DNA of 64,000 bases from an uncultured Candidatus Obscuribacterales bacterium (GTDB taxonomy: Bacteria; Cyanobacteriota; Vampirovibrionia; Obscuribacterales; Obscuribacteraceae), in contig CAZCBH010000009.1 in the NCBI GenBank assembly GCA_964496875.1, positions 1,902-65,901 on the forward strand, written 5' to 3'. A model generated the notes under the pieces. That model saw nothing but the letters and a program-made list of their open reading frames with translations. It did no database searches and was not told where the DNA came from. Numbering within the stretch: position 1 is the stretch's first letter; each line of letters opens with the position of its first letter. Positions 26,586 through 36,751 of this stretch are shown one piece after another. The position numbers were made by a program, and so were the translations under genes.

Positions 26586-27344
26586 ATGTCCAGTTCAGAA
26601 GCCGAAGCAGAATTAAAAGGGGATATCGAAGCCGAAGAGGAAGAAGATCCTTCTTCCATGACCGTGGTCGAGCATCTCGATGAGTTGCGGCTAAGGTTAA
26701 TCAGAGGCATCGCCTATGTCACCGTGGCCTTCTTCATCGCCCTTGTCTTCGCCAAGGACATCATGAAGATTCTGCAAGCTCCGGCAGGCGACATCACTTT
26801 CCAGGCTCTTTCGATAGAAGAGCCTATCATGGTCTTCTTCAAGGTCGCTTTCTATTCGGCATTGGTGATGGCGTCACCTTTCATACTCTTCGAAGTAAGC
26901 CAGTTCGTCGCCCCCGGTCTCACCGAGAAAGAGAAAAAGATAGTGGCACCTGCCCTCATCGGCGGACCGATTCTCTTTGTATGTGGTGCCAGCTTCGCTT
27001 ACTTTTTGTTGTTGCCGCCGATGCTGCACTTCTTCCAATCTTTCGGAGAAGGGGTGACACCTATAAACCAGAGACTGGATTTCTACATGTCCCTGGTATC
27101 ATCGCTACTTTTATATATGGGACTCTGTTTTCAGCTTCCGATAGTGCTTTTCGCCCTTTCACTGACCGGGCTCGTCACCTCGGATCACCTTATAAAAATC
27201 TGGCGCTATGCCGTGGTTGGTGCTTCGGTGGTGGCACTGGTTATCACCCCGGATCCAACCGCTGTCTCGATGCTCCTGGTCACAGGCGCTTTGATAGGCT
27301 TGTATTCGATAACTGTAGTGCTCCTCAAGTTATTCGGGCGCTGA
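26586..27344 (+). CDS. tatC: twin-arginine translocase subunit TatC
   Basis: MTVVEHLDELRLRLIR (HLxELRxRL) followed by six hydrophobic segments. Confidence 0.9.
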   Translation: MSSSEAEAELKGDIEAEEEEDPSSMTVVEHLDELRLRLIRGIAYVTVAFFIALVFAKDIMKILQAPAGDITFQALSIEEPIMVFFKVAFYSALVMASPFILFEVSQFVAPGLTEKEKKIVAPALIGGPILFVCGASFAYFLLLPPMLHFFQSFGEGVTPINQRLDFYMSLVSSLLLYMGLCFQLPIVLFALSLTGLVTSDHLIKIWRYAVVGASVVALVITPDPTAVSMLLVTGALIGLYSITVVLLKLFGR

Positions 27345-27354
27345 ATCAAAAACG

Positions 27355-28539
27355 ATGAATCAATTTCCTTTCAGCGAAGATATACAGATTCTGGTCTGGC
27401 TCCCACTGGCTCTAATATGCCTGAAAGAGGTCAAAGAGAACTGGCGTCAGATCTTTGACAAGGATCTGACTTTATCCGATAGAAGAGCGCTGATTAAAAT
27501 CACGCTCTTCTTTACCTATCCGGTGGTGGTTCTAATTCACGAAATCGGTCACGCCCTGGCCACTATACTGCTCGGCGGCGTGGTAAAAGAGCTTCATTTC
27601 GGGATCTGGTGGGGCTATGTTCTGCCGGTGGGAGATTTCAGCAGCCTCGATCATCTGCTCATCACCCTGGCAGGAAACGTGGTGCAGATAGCTATCGGTT
27701 TTCTCTGCCTGATAGCAGCCGTCTTTGTATCCTCACCGCCGATAGTGGCGTTATTAGTCTACACCGGTCTCTATGCCATAGGCGGCACCGCCATAATCTA
27801 CGCCCTCATGTCCGCCACCGACATGTACCTGGACTGGTCCAAGATCTATGCCTCGCCCCATACCGAGATAACCTCGGTGGTGGCGGTCTGTCATGCCTTC
27901 ATAGTCGCTTTTCTTTTCTATTGTTTCTATGGAGCCAGACCACGAATCTGGTTCGCCGGCAAGACCCGACCGAAATGGCAAAAAGACAATCTAGCCGCCC
28001 TCGACAGAGTAAAAACCGACCCCAGCGCCATCAACTATCTAAGCCTGGCCTGGTCCTATTTCTTCATTGGAATGGATAGATTGACCCTCAAGTATCTCGA
28101 CCAGGTCAAAGTGCTCGATCCTACTTTAGTAGATCGTTTCTATCTGCTCGGTTGCCTGGAACGCAATCGAGGCAAAAGCAAAGCAGCGGTTTCCGCCTTC
28201 GAAGAGATTGTGAAAAGCCGACATGCCTCGAAAGATACGAAAGCTCGGGCGCTGATGGCGGCGGGTCATTGTTTATCGGACGATCTACCTCCGGAGAACA
28301 AAAGCCTGGAAGATCACCGCAAAATCATCGAAACTTACGACCAGGCCGCCTCCCTGGTTACCGATACAGCCGATCCTCTCTTTTACAAGGCCTCTCTGTT
28401 TAATAAACTTGGTCTTCACAAAGAGGCAGAATTTCTTCTCAAGGATCTGGACCGCATGAAATGGCTGGATCCATCACTGCGGGCGGGTGTTCTTACCGAA
28501 CTCAAGGTTGCCAGGAGCAAAGAGAACGCCGATGAATAA
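27355..28539 (+). CDS. polytopic membrane protein with in-membrane HExxH (zincin-like) motif and C-terminal TPR-like domain
   Basis: VVVLIHEIGHALATILLGG lies within a hydrophobic segment. At least 4 further TM segments follow. The C-terminal ~190 aa are helical repeats. Confidence 0.6.
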   Translation: MNQFPFSEDIQILVWLPLALICLKEVKENWRQIFDKDLTLSDRRALIKITLFFTYPVVVLIHEIGHALATILLGGVVKELHFGIWWGYVLPVGDFSSLDHLLITLAGNVVQIAIGFLCLIAAVFVSSPPIVALLVYTGLYAIGGTAIIYALMSATDMYLDWSKIYASPHTEITSVVAVCHAFIVAFLFYCFYGARPRIWFAGKTRPKWQKDNLAALDRVKTDPSAINYLSLAWSYFFIGMDRLTLKYLDQVKVLDPTLVDRFYLLGCLERNRGKSKAAVSAFEEIVKSRHASKDTKARALMAAGHCLSDDLPPENKSLEDHRKIIETYDQAASLVTDTADPLFYKASLFNKLGLHKEAEFLLKDLDRMKWLDPSLRAGVLTELKVARSKENADE

Positions 28540-28619
28540 AAATCTCTCAGGCTTATCAAGATGGCCCCTCATATAATGACAAGCTCGAATCCACATATTG
28601 AGAGCGCAGACAACGGATA

Positions 28620-29885
28620 ATGTTCGACAGCCCCAATAACTTCTATTTCTGGTGTGTCACGGGAATCTCGGTTCTCGTAGGCGTCGACACTGTGCTCCGT
28701 CTGTGGACCGAAAGACACCGTTTTCCCAAGGACGATCTCAGCGAAGAAGACAGGTCAATGATCTGGCGCATTGTGGTCTTCTTGATCTTTCCTCTTATTA
28801 CATTGATGGAGCTCAACGCCACCGAAGTAGGAGCAAGGTCTTTCGGCGGTGAGTTGAGCACCTGGTCTTACGGATTACTCTGGTATGAAGCCTATCCTAC
28901 GGCTCTGGCTAAATCGGCATTGATTCCGGCATTATTCTCGGGAGAGTTCTTTATTCTCTGCCTGGCTCTGTCTATGCTGCCGGCGCTCTTCTTCCGCCCC
29001 CATCCTTTTCTAGCGACATTAATAGGATATACGGTCACTTTTATATTCGCCGTCAACCTGATTATCGAACCGGTTATAGCTCTGACCGGCATGAGCGGCT
29101 CTAAATGGTATCTGGCTTTGAATGAAGGGGCGCCGGAGCAGATCATGCCATTGGCTATGCTGCATCTGGTCCTGGCCGTCATCTATTTGATGGTGGTAAG
29201 AAACAGATCCGTGCGTCTCTGGTTCTCCGAATTGACCAGGCCAGATGCCTCGGACCGCCTCAAAGCAGCGATTTTCGAATATCGTGCCACCGGGGACAGC
29301 GCCCGTACTCTGTCTAAACTGGGCATCCTCTATGAAAGAGCCGGATTGCACAGACAAGCCAGAGAACAGCTGAAAGTGCTGGAGAGGCATCATCCGACCT
29401 CACTCTATACTTATTTCTTGAAAGCCCTGGTGAATTACGGTCAGCGCAAATTCGACAAAGCGAAAGCCGCATTTCTCTATGCTTCGGACATGGCCCATGA
29501 CGCGGCCATAAGCGGCAGCGCCATTACCACCATCGCCGAGACGGATAAGCTACGCGCCCAGCTCCTGGCTGCAGCAGCCTGCTCCTCATTTGCCGCCGGA
29601 GAGATTATCCAGGCGATTAACTTGAGCGAAAGAGCGCTGGAGCTGGATGATTCTTATCTAGTGGCACGGATGGTGAAGGTCGATGCCCTCCTGAGAACAG
29701 GCCAAAAAGACCAGGCAGCCCAGGAAATTCTTATAGCGGTTCATTCCGGACTTACTCTGGATCTGGAGAACAAAGTCCCCCTGGATGTGGAAGCATCCTT
29801 TGCTTTACTAGAAGAGATGGAATCCCAGAGAAGCGCTTCCGAAGCTGGAAAACGAACGGTATTAGAGACAGCAGGTAAAAATTAG
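28620..29885 (+). CDS. paralog of the preceding membrane-TPR protein lacking the HExxH motif
   Basis: Alignable by eye: FDKDLTLSDRRALIKITLFFTYPVVVLIHEIGH vs FPKDDLSEEDRSMIWRIVVFLIFPLITLMELNA, and RIWFAGKTRP vs RLWFSELTRP. The TPR-like C-terminus is shared. Confidence 0.6.
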   Translation: MFDSPNNFYFWCVTGISVLVGVDTVLRLWTERHRFPKDDLSEEDRSMIWRIVVFLIFPLITLMELNATEVGARSFGGELSTWSYGLLWYEAYPTALAKSALIPALFSGEFFILCLALSMLPALFFRPHPFLATLIGYTVTFIFAVNLIIEPVIALTGMSGSKWYLALNEGAPEQIMPLAMLHLVLAVIYLMVVRNRSVRLWFSELTRPDASDRLKAAIFEYRATGDSARTLSKLGILYERAGLHRQAREQLKVLERHHPTSLYTYFLKALVNYGQRKFDKAKAAFLYASDMAHDAAISGSAITTIAETDKLRAQLLAAAACSSFAAGEIIQAINLSERALELDDSYLVARMVKVDALLRTGQKDQAAQEILIAVHSGLTLDLENKVPLDVEASFALLEEMESQRSASEAGKRTVLETAGKN

Positions 29886-29998
29886 ATCATCTGTAGTCTG
29901 GATTACCTTGTCGGCCACGCATAGGAAAAAGTCCCGAAATTGGCAAGGGAAGGGAGTCAATACGTAATTTCAGCAATTAAACTATTAATCGTTCGCAA

Positions 29999-30020
29999 AT
30001 ATGGGCTTTCTCCCATTTTT
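29999..30020 (+). terminator. weak hairpin plus T5 tract downstream of the paralog gene
   Basis: ATGGG-CTTTCT-CCCAT followed by TTTT. The stem is only 5 bp. Confidence 0.25.
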
Positions 30021-30073
30021 AAAGGGCAATTTCTAGATATATAATTCGGATAGATTTTTAGGATTAGCCGGTC

Positions 30074-32959
30074 GTGAAAAAAGGCATCGTCAGTAAAGTC
30101 AGCCAGAACATGAACATTCGAACCAGAATGCTCCTGCTCTGCCTGGGAGTGGCGCTGCCCTTACTGGCTATCGGCAGCATCTCGCTGGTGATGCAGTACA
30201 ACAGCCTTCATGCCGAATCTAAAAGAGCGACTTCTTTTCAAGCGGCGATTGCGGCCCGCACCCTCAGCCAGTGGACTTATTCTCAGCTCAATTCAGTCGC
30301 CGCCGTCGGTCAGATGGCTGTCCTTTCGGAAGGAAACCAGAACGACATAGAAGAGACCCTTCAGACCGCCCTGGTATCGCATAACAAAGATTGGGCCGAA
30401 CTTGCTTTGATAGACACCAGCGGTGCGCCCCGCTCAGTTCAGGTCGTCGAAGGTGAGCACATCGTCTCGAAGACGGCAGGCTTTGTCAGGGCAGAAACTC
30501 TGGAACAGATCGGCCGCTACCGCCACGCCCTGCTTACAGGCTTCGACCAGAGTCCCTGGACCGACAGGCCCGGGATTTTTGCCGTAGCACCGGTTACCCA
30601 GCGTGGTGAATTGACCGGATATCTGGTGGCAGGCATAAAACCCGAAGCTGTGCTCGGTATATTCACCGGACTATCGCGCTCCAACGGCACAGTGATAACT
30701 GTGATCGACGACAAGAATCGTGTGGTCGCCAGAACACTTCAAAACGATTACTGGCAGGGTAAAGACTTCTCCAACGGACGCTGTGTAATCGCCGCCGACG
30801 GAAAGGATACCGGCACAATAGAAGGTCTGGGCATCGCCGACAAGACACCCCGGGCCTACGCCTTCGAGAGATCGCAACCGAATGACTGGCTGGTTATAGT
30901 CGGCGTTCCCACCCGAACCATATACAGTGGCGCCGCCGGCAGCCTCGGCGGCTACGACTGGCTCGGCACCCTGATAATGCTCTCTCTAGCGGCAATAGCA
31001 ATTTCACTGGCCCTGGCCTATGCCGCTACCTCGCACTTCACCAGAACAATCAATGTTCTGGTCAAAGAGGCTCTGATGCTTGGCAAAGGAGATTTCACCA
31101 AACGTGTCAACGTCCAGGCAAGAGACGAGCTAGGCACCCTGGCCAAAGCCTTTAACGCCATGGCAGAGATGCTCTCCCTCGACAAAGAGCAAAAAGCGAT
31201 GGTACAGAATATTTCTAATGCCGTCCGTCAGTCCCTGGATTTGAACGAGATCCTCAACACAACTGTCCAGGAACTCGGTAAAAATCTGGATGCCAGCCGC
31301 TGTTGTCTGGCACTTTTAGACGACCGCGGCACGGTCACCATGGAAGATGACGAACTGGCTTTCGACTATGTCTGGCATAATCCTATGCGCTCGGGCGATC
31401 AACTGCGAAACCGCAAGATTCCCATTCCGGAATCCAGCGTGCTCCGGCAGATCATCGAACAGGGATCGCTGATGTCCCTCGATGTCCTCGAGGACAGTGC
31501 CGGGACTATCTTCTATGCATCCGGTCAGTCTCCTGATGACTGGAAAACCATTAAGTCCTTCATTGCCTGCCCGATAAGCACCAGTCATGGTGCCCTTGGC
31601 GTCATCCTCGTTCATCAGTGCGACAAACGTCGCACCTGGTCCCCTTACGAGTTGGAACTGGTGGAGGCCGTGGCCGGCCAGGTGACGGTAGCCCTGGAAC
31701 ATGCCCGCCTCTACGAAAGAACCAAGCGCATGGCAGAGCAAGAGATGCTGATCAATCACATTGTGCGTTCAGTAAGAAGCTCTCTCGATTTGGACGAAAT
31801 TCTCTCTACAGTGACTAGAGAGATAAGACATGCTTTGAGGGTGGAGAGAGTACAAATAATTCAACCCCGCTCGAAAAATCCGCTTATAGTAACCCACGAA
31901 TCCAACGCCCAGGGTTATAGCAGCACCATCGATGTCTGCATGTATCCGGACCATCTCGATTTCGATCCGGCCAGACCCGAGAGTGGCGTTGTCCGTAATA
32001 GCGTGCTCGGCATCAATCTTGCCGGTCTGCTTCAGCTTTCTGAAGAGGATTCCACAGCCACCGCTCTGAAAGTCAGCTCTTCTGATCAGAATCAGACTCA
32101 GGCCCAAGTTCAGATTCAATCGATAACCATTCAAGAAGCGCCGATAGCGGTTATCGACGATGTGGCCAGGGACAGCCGCTCCCTTCCCTTTAATGCCTTC
32201 CTCAAGAGTGTCGGATCCAAAGCGCTTATCGCCGCTCCTCTAGTAAACGACAACAAGCTGATCGGACTTCTTGTAGTACACCAGTGTTCAAGCACCAGAG
32301 AATGGAAACCGAGCGAAGTACAGCTGGTCAATTCCATCGCCGACCAGCTTGCCATCGCAGTCACCCATGCCCATCTATTCGCCCAGGTTCGCCACCAGGC
32401 CATTACCGATGGTCTCACCGGTCTCTACAATCATATTTATTTCAAGAAACGCTTAGAAGAGGAGATGCGCCTCAGCGACAGAAAGGGAACATCCTGTTCG
32501 CTTATAATGATCGACCTCGACAAGCTCAAATACATAAACGACAACTTCGGTCACCCGGTGGGCGACGCGGCCATCCGCCAGGTGGCAGACATCCTCAAAA
32601 CCGTTTTGAGAAGCGGAGATACGGCAGCCAGATACGGTGGAGAAGAGTTCGGCGTGATACTGCCCGAGACATCGCTTCTAGAAGCGGCATTAATTGCCAA
32701 ACGTCTCTGCAACCAGATTCGCACAAGCCCGGTGCCTGGTCTGGGTCAAATAACCGCCTCCATGGGCTGCGCCAGCTATCCCCAGCATGCGAAAAGCGCA
32801 GACGAACTGGTTATCAAATCGGACCGCGCCCTCTATGAAGCCAAGAACAACGGCAGAGACCAGGTCAAAGTCTATGAAGAAGAAGAGAGCAACCTCAATA
32901 CCGGCATCTCTTCGGTCAAAGAACACAGTTTCACCGCTGACGAGATCGAGCATAGATAA
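30074..32959 (+). CDS. sensor diguanylate cyclase: periplasmic sensor - TM - HAMP - 2 x GAF - GGDEF
   Basis: HAMP-like region (KGDFTKRVNVQARDELGTLAKAFNAMAEML). Two GAF-like blocks. GGDEF domain with RYGGEEFGV and an upstream RSGD (RxxD) I-site. GTG start. Confidence 0.85.
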   Translation: MKKGIVSKVSQNMNIRTRMLLLCLGVALPLLAIGSISLVMQYNSLHAESKRATSFQAAIAARTLSQWTYSQLNSVAAVGQMAVLSEGNQNDIEETLQTALVSHNKDWAELALIDTSGAPRSVQVVEGEHIVSKTAGFVRAETLEQIGRYRHALLTGFDQSPWTDRPGIFAVAPVTQRGELTGYLVAGIKPEAVLGIFTGLSRSNGTVITVIDDKNRVVARTLQNDYWQGKDFSNGRCVIAADGKDTGTIEGLGIADKTPRAYAFERSQPNDWLVIVGVPTRTIYSGAAGSLGGYDWLGTLIMLSLAAIAISLALAYAATSHFTRTINVLVKEALMLGKGDFTKRVNVQARDELGTLAKAFNAMAEMLSLDKEQKAMVQNISNAVRQSLDLNEILNTTVQELGKNLDASRCCLALLDDRGTVTMEDDELAFDYVWHNPMRSGDQLRNRKIPIPESSVLRQIIEQGSLMSLDVLEDSAGTIFYASGQSPDDWKTIKSFIACPISTSHGALGVILVHQCDKRRTWSPYELELVEAVAGQVTVALEHARLYERTKRMAEQEMLINHIVRSVRSSLDLDEILSTVTREIRHALRVERVQIIQPRSKNPLIVTHESNAQGYSSTIDVCMYPDHLDFDPARPESGVVRNSVLGINLAGLLQLSEEDSTATALKVSSSDQNQTQAQVQIQSITIQEAPIAVIDDVARDSRSLPFNAFLKSVGSKALIAAPLVNDNKLIGLLVVHQCSSTREWKPSEVQLVNSIADQLAIAVTHAHLFAQVRHQAITDGLTGLYNHIYFKKRLEEEMRLSDRKGTSCSLIMIDLDKLKYINDNFGHPVGDAAIRQVADILKTVLRSGDTAARYGGEEFGVILPETSLLEAALIAKRLCNQIRTSPVPGLGQITASMGCASYPQHAKSADELVIKSDRALYEAKNNGRDQVKVYEEEESNLNTGISSVKEHSFTADEIEHR

Positions 32960-33648
32960 TGAAGAGACTGGTGCTCTTCGACATAGATGAAACAATGATC
33001 TCCTCGGACGGCGCCGGTCGTCGTGCCATCGGCAAAGCCCTGGCACAACGCTTCGGCGGAGATATCGATACGATTAAGGTAAGCATGTCGGGCAAGACCG
33101 ATCCCCAGATTCTTACAGAGATCCTGCGCACCTGCAACATGGATGATGCCGAAATTGAAAGCAGTATCGATGAAATTCTCGAGATCTATCTCAATTTGCT
33201 CCAGGCGGAGATAGACCGCTCCAACGCCTATATCATCCATAAAGGCTTCCCTGAACTGCTGGATTTATTGCACGAAGAAGAGGCTTTCTGTCTGGGGTTG
33301 CTAACCGGCAATATCGAAAGGGGCGCGAGGATGAAATTGAATCGCTTCGATCTAAATCGCTTCTTCCCAATCGGTGCCTACGGCTGCGACTCGGCAAATC
33401 GAATGGATCTCCCCAAAATTGCAAGAGACCGCGGCAGCCTTCACTTCAACATCGATTTCGAACCGCGGCAAGTAACGATCATTGGCGACAGCATCTACGA
33501 TGTACTCTGCGCCAAAGGTTACGGAGCGAAGAGTATAGCCGTAAACACCGGCAGCACCGCCCGGGAGATGCTGGAAGAACAAGATCCGGATTATCTCTTC
33601 GAAGATCTTGGCGACATCGAAGCAGTGGCCAAAGCGATTCTTGCTTGA
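32959..33648 (+). CDS. HAD-superfamily hydrolase (phosphatase-like)
   Basis: Motif I LFDIDETM. LLTGN. Motif IV IIGDSIYDV. Its ATG overlaps the diguanylate cyclase stop (TAATG). Confidence 0.8.
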   Translation: MKRLVLFDIDETMISSDGAGRRAIGKALAQRFGGDIDTIKVSMSGKTDPQILTEILRTCNMDDAEIESSIDEILEIYLNLLQAEIDRSNAYIIHKGFPELLDLLHEEEAFCLGLLTGNIERGARMKLNRFDLNRFFPIGAYGCDSANRMDLPKIARDRGSLHFNIDFEPRQVTIIGDSIYDVLCAKGYGAKSIAVNTGSTAREMLEEQDPDYLFEDLGDIEAVAKAILA

Positions 33649-33653
33649 ATTTG

Positions 33654-34748
33654 TTAAAAGAACTCGACACAGAACGGCTTTTTATGGGCGAAGACATCAA
33701 CTAGGGATGGCTCGATTATCTGTTCAGCTTCTGCTGTATTATTTATCCCGACCATGGTCTGAATAAGTCTTCCGGGGGTAAAAACCGGACCGCTCTCAGC
33801 TGATTTATGAGAGGGGCTGATTGAGAGAGGATCTTCAATTTTAAAAGCTCCTGCTGTATCCTGGAGTCCGAAAGTTTCTAGTAGTGCCTCGGTATGCACC
33901 ACCCGTGCCATCACTCCCGGTTTGTAAACGAACTTCATCTGGGGATCGGTTATGCCAAAGGAAATAACAGGCTCTGGAGAAGGAAGGGTGATCTCGACTT
34001 TGTCGAAATTCAGATCGTCCATTCGTCTGACCAGAGAGAGTCCATCTAAAAAAGCCTGGCGATTTAGATATGCGAACTCCACAACCTCCAAGGTACGCTC
34101 CTTCGGCGACCTGGTGTTCCAGAGCATATAGCCCTGATCGCTGGCATAGATGCTGGTCTCGCGCTGAGGATTATTCACCAGACGTATCCACTGATGTTTG
34201 CTTCTGCGCAAGCTCATGTTGCATTTGGCAATCCATTGATCGTGCACCTTTGCTATCTGGTCGAAATCATCTAGAGCCAACTTTCTGAAGACGGTACTGT
34301 CACCACAGTCCGGCAGGGAAGAGAGATTGGCTTCTAGAGTATATTTGAAGTCTGAGACCTCGTATCCGAGACGCTGGTAGAAAGGATAAGAAAATGGCCA
34401 GAGGGTCGACACCGGCACGCGCTTGTCATAAAGAGACTGCAAACAGGCTCTCAAACATTCACGAATCAGCCCCTGTCTTCTAAAAGCAGGATCGCACGAC
34501 ACGGCGGAGATACCGCCGCAGGGGACGAGCTTATCACCCAGCCACATCTCAAAGTGAATTATACCGGCGATACTTACGAGATAGCCATCATGATAGACAC
34601 CGAAGCGTTCATTTAAATAAGTCTCGAAAAAAGTTCGCCAGCGTACCCGATCATAAAAACCGAAGGACATTGACCAGATATCGATGGCCCGCTCCAGATC
34701 ATCGGCATTAATAGATTTGACAACATGTTCACCGGATTTGACAATCAT
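33654..34748 (-). CDS. GNAT acetyltransferase with C-terminal extension (Eis-like architecture)
   Basis: GGISAVSCDPAFRRQGLIRECLRA matches the acetyl-CoA binding motif (Q/RxxGxG/A type). The ~360-aa length fits Eis-like proteins. Confidence 0.6.
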   Translation of the reverse strand: MIVKSGEHVVKSINADDLERAIDIWSMSFGFYDRVRWRTFFETYLNERFGVYHDGYLVSIAGIIHFEMWLGDKLVPCGGISAVSCDPAFRRQGLIRECLRACLQSLYDKRVPVSTLWPFSYPFYQRLGYEVSDFKYTLEANLSSLPDCGDSTVFRKLALDDFDQIAKVHDQWIAKCNMSLRRSKHQWIRLVNNPQRETSIYASDQGYMLWNTRSPKERTLEVVEFAYLNRQAFLDGLSLVRRMDDLNFDKVEITLPSPEPVISFGITDPQMKFVYKPGVMARVVHTEALLETFGLQDTAGAFKIEDPLSISPSHKSAESGPVFTPGRLIQTMVGINNTAEAEQIIEPSLVDVFAHKKPFCVEFF

Positions 34749-34876
34749 CTAAAAATCCCCATTGACAAGCAGATAAGGTGCACAAGATTCGTTTCGTCCA
34801 ACTATAATATGGCGGCTATCATTATAACCAGCCCAGGGTGGCCTGAGCGAATCGCGAACCGCGGATCATCATCGAA

Positions 34877-35458
34877 ATGAGCCAAGCAAGAAAGCTGAGA
34901 GGAAATAGAAGAAGAGTACTGGCTTACATAGGCCTGGGCTCCAACCATGGCGACCGAGTCGGCTATATTCAGCAAGCCGTGCAGTTTCTCAAAGACATTA
35001 AAGAAATAGAAGTGGTGGAATGCTCCAGCCTCTATGAAGCTGAGCCCGTGGGCGAGGAGTACACTCAATGGTTCGTCAACGCAGTAGCCATTATCGAAAC
35101 AAGTTTTTCCGGCGAAGAGCTGCTTGACGTTTTGCAAGATATCGAGAAAAGGCTGGAAGAGATGCACAAGCAAGAGCTTCTGGAAAAGAACGAGAGAGAT
35201 CCGGGCAGGAGAAGAATCATCGACCTGGATATCCTCTATTTTGGCAACGAAATCCTGGACCTTTCTTATTTGACGGTGCCCCATCCGCTATTGCAGAAGC
35301 GAGCTTTCGCACTGGTGCCTCTATTGGAGCTGTCACCGGATCTGATGCATCCCCTCTTGCACAAAACAGTAGCTCAGCTCCATCAAGAGCTGAAAGAGCC
35401 TGAGCAGGTCTTCCTCTACGGAACAAGACAGGTAAGAGAATCAGAATCCCATGACTGA
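34877..35458 (+). CDS. folK: 2-amino-4-hydroxy-6-hydroxymethyldihydropteridine pyrophosphokinase
   Basis: AYIGLGSNHGDR...SSLYEAEPVG...RIIDLDILYF...VPHPLLQKRAFALVPL. Confidence 0.85.
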   Translation: MSQARKLRGNRRRVLAYIGLGSNHGDRVGYIQQAVQFLKDIKEIEVVECSSLYEAEPVGEEYTQWFVNAVAIIETSFSGEELLDVLQDIEKRLEEMHKQELLEKNERDPGRRRIIDLDILYFGNEILDLSYLTVPHPLLQKRAFALVPLLELSPDLMHPLLHKTVAQLHQELKEPEQVFLYGTRQVRESESHD

Positions 35459-35840
35459 CCCCTTTAAGATAGGCGTGGACATCTGTTCTATAAAACGGGT
35501 TGAAGAGACATATGAGCGTTTCGGAAAACGCTTCCTCGAAAAGATACTGACCGAAGCAGAAGCTGCCTATGTCACCTCCAGCCCCAAACATCTTATCCCG
35601 CGATTGGCAGGGCGTTTCGCCGCCAAAGAGGCCTGTGCCAAGGCTCTTGGCACAGGTCTCCGCGGAATAAACTGGAAAGATATGGAAGTTACGAAAATGC
35701 ATTCGGGCGAACCGGGCATCTGCCTGCACGCAAGAGCAAGAGCCAGAGCAGAAAAGCTCGGTCTGCAAAACTTCCAGTTGAGCATCAGTCATGAAAGAGA
35801 ATACGCGGTAGCATTCGTGGTGGCATCGGCCGCATCTTGA
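35451..35840 (+). CDS. acpS: holo-[acyl-carrier-protein] synthase
   Basis: IGVDICSIKRV...RFAAKEACAKALGTG...ISISHEREYAVAFVV. Overlaps folK by 8 nt. Confidence 0.9.
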   Translation: MTDPFKIGVDICSIKRVEETYERFGKRFLEKILTEAEAAYVTSSPKHLIPRLAGRFAAKEACAKALGTGLRGINWKDMEVTKMHSGEPGICLHARARARAEKLGLQNFQLSISHEREYAVAFVVASAAS

Positions 35841-35858
35841 AACGGAGAGGCAAAGTAA

Positions 35859-36665
35859 ATGACCAAAACCGATAGCGGACATGACAGCATAATCACTTTC
35901 ACCAGTGATTTCGGCACAACAGACGGCTATGTCGGCATTGTCAAAGGTTCAATCAGCAACATAAATCGTGATGCCACCATAATAGATTTGGCTCATGAGA
36001 TAAGACCCTTCGATGTAAGGGCCGGAGCCTGGATCATCTATAACTCCTACAGATTTTTTCCTGCGAACACTATCCATCTGGTGGTAGTCGATCCCAAAGT
36101 CGGCTCCAGTCAGCGCCGCGTCCTCCTAACCAACGGCGAGCACCACTTTGTCGGACCGGATAGTGGGGTCTTCTCTCTGGTCCTCAATACCAGAGGAGAC
36201 TGGACAGCCTATGAGATCAAAAACGAAATCTTCTTTCTTCAAGACATCTCCTCGAGCTTCCACGCCCGAGATATCTTCGGACCGGTGGCGGCCCATCTGT
36301 CTCTTGGCATAGAGCCGCACAAATTCGGACCGGAGCTAGACTGCAAGAGTTTAAATGTCTCGGCCTATCGACCGGCGGCAATATCATCATCGAATATCGC
36401 CGGAGAAGTTATCTATATAGACCGGTTCGGTAATCTAATCACCAATATTCCCAACTCGGCAATACCACAGGCAATATCATCGGGATGGAAGCTGAACGTC
36501 ACCAATGAAGTAATCGACGAAATCTCTTTGACCTATTCTTCAGTGCCCGAAGGAGCTCTGCTTGCCTTCGAAGGCAGCCATGGCTTTCTAGAGATCGCCG
36601 CCAATCAAGCCAGCGCAGTCAAGAAATTGAAGGTCTCCATGGGAGAGCCGGTGGTCTTATGCTGA
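35859..36665 (+). CDS. SAM hydrolase / SAM-dependent halogenase family protein (DUF62-like)
   Basis: ITFTSDFGTTDGYVGIVKGSI...VVDPKVGS...FHARDIFGPVAAHL...IYIDRFGNLITNI. Confidence 0.75.
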   Translation: MTKTDSGHDSIITFTSDFGTTDGYVGIVKGSISNINRDATIIDLAHEIRPFDVRAGAWIIYNSYRFFPANTIHLVVVDPKVGSSQRRVLLTNGEHHFVGPDSGVFSLVLNTRGDWTAYEIKNEIFFLQDISSSFHARDIFGPVAAHLSLGIEPHKFGPELDCKSLNVSAYRPAAISSSNIAGEVIYIDRFGNLITNIPNSAIPQAISSGWKLNVTNEVIDEISLTYSSVPEGALLAFEGSHGFLEIAANQASAVKKLKVSMGEPVVLC

Positions 36666-36751
36666 GAGTCCGGTTATCGGTCTTATACTTTCAAGGTGGT
36701 TATTTTGGGAATATCATAAGGGAATAGCTATTCTCCGGATATCTCACAGCA

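Noticed and set aside
27609-28079. 156-aa alternate-frame ORF inside the HExxH membrane protein gene (and the similar 26981-27358 ORF inside tatC)
   Set aside because: These are Arg/Ser/Pro-rich off-frame products overlapping genes with coherent TM topology. They are not credible.
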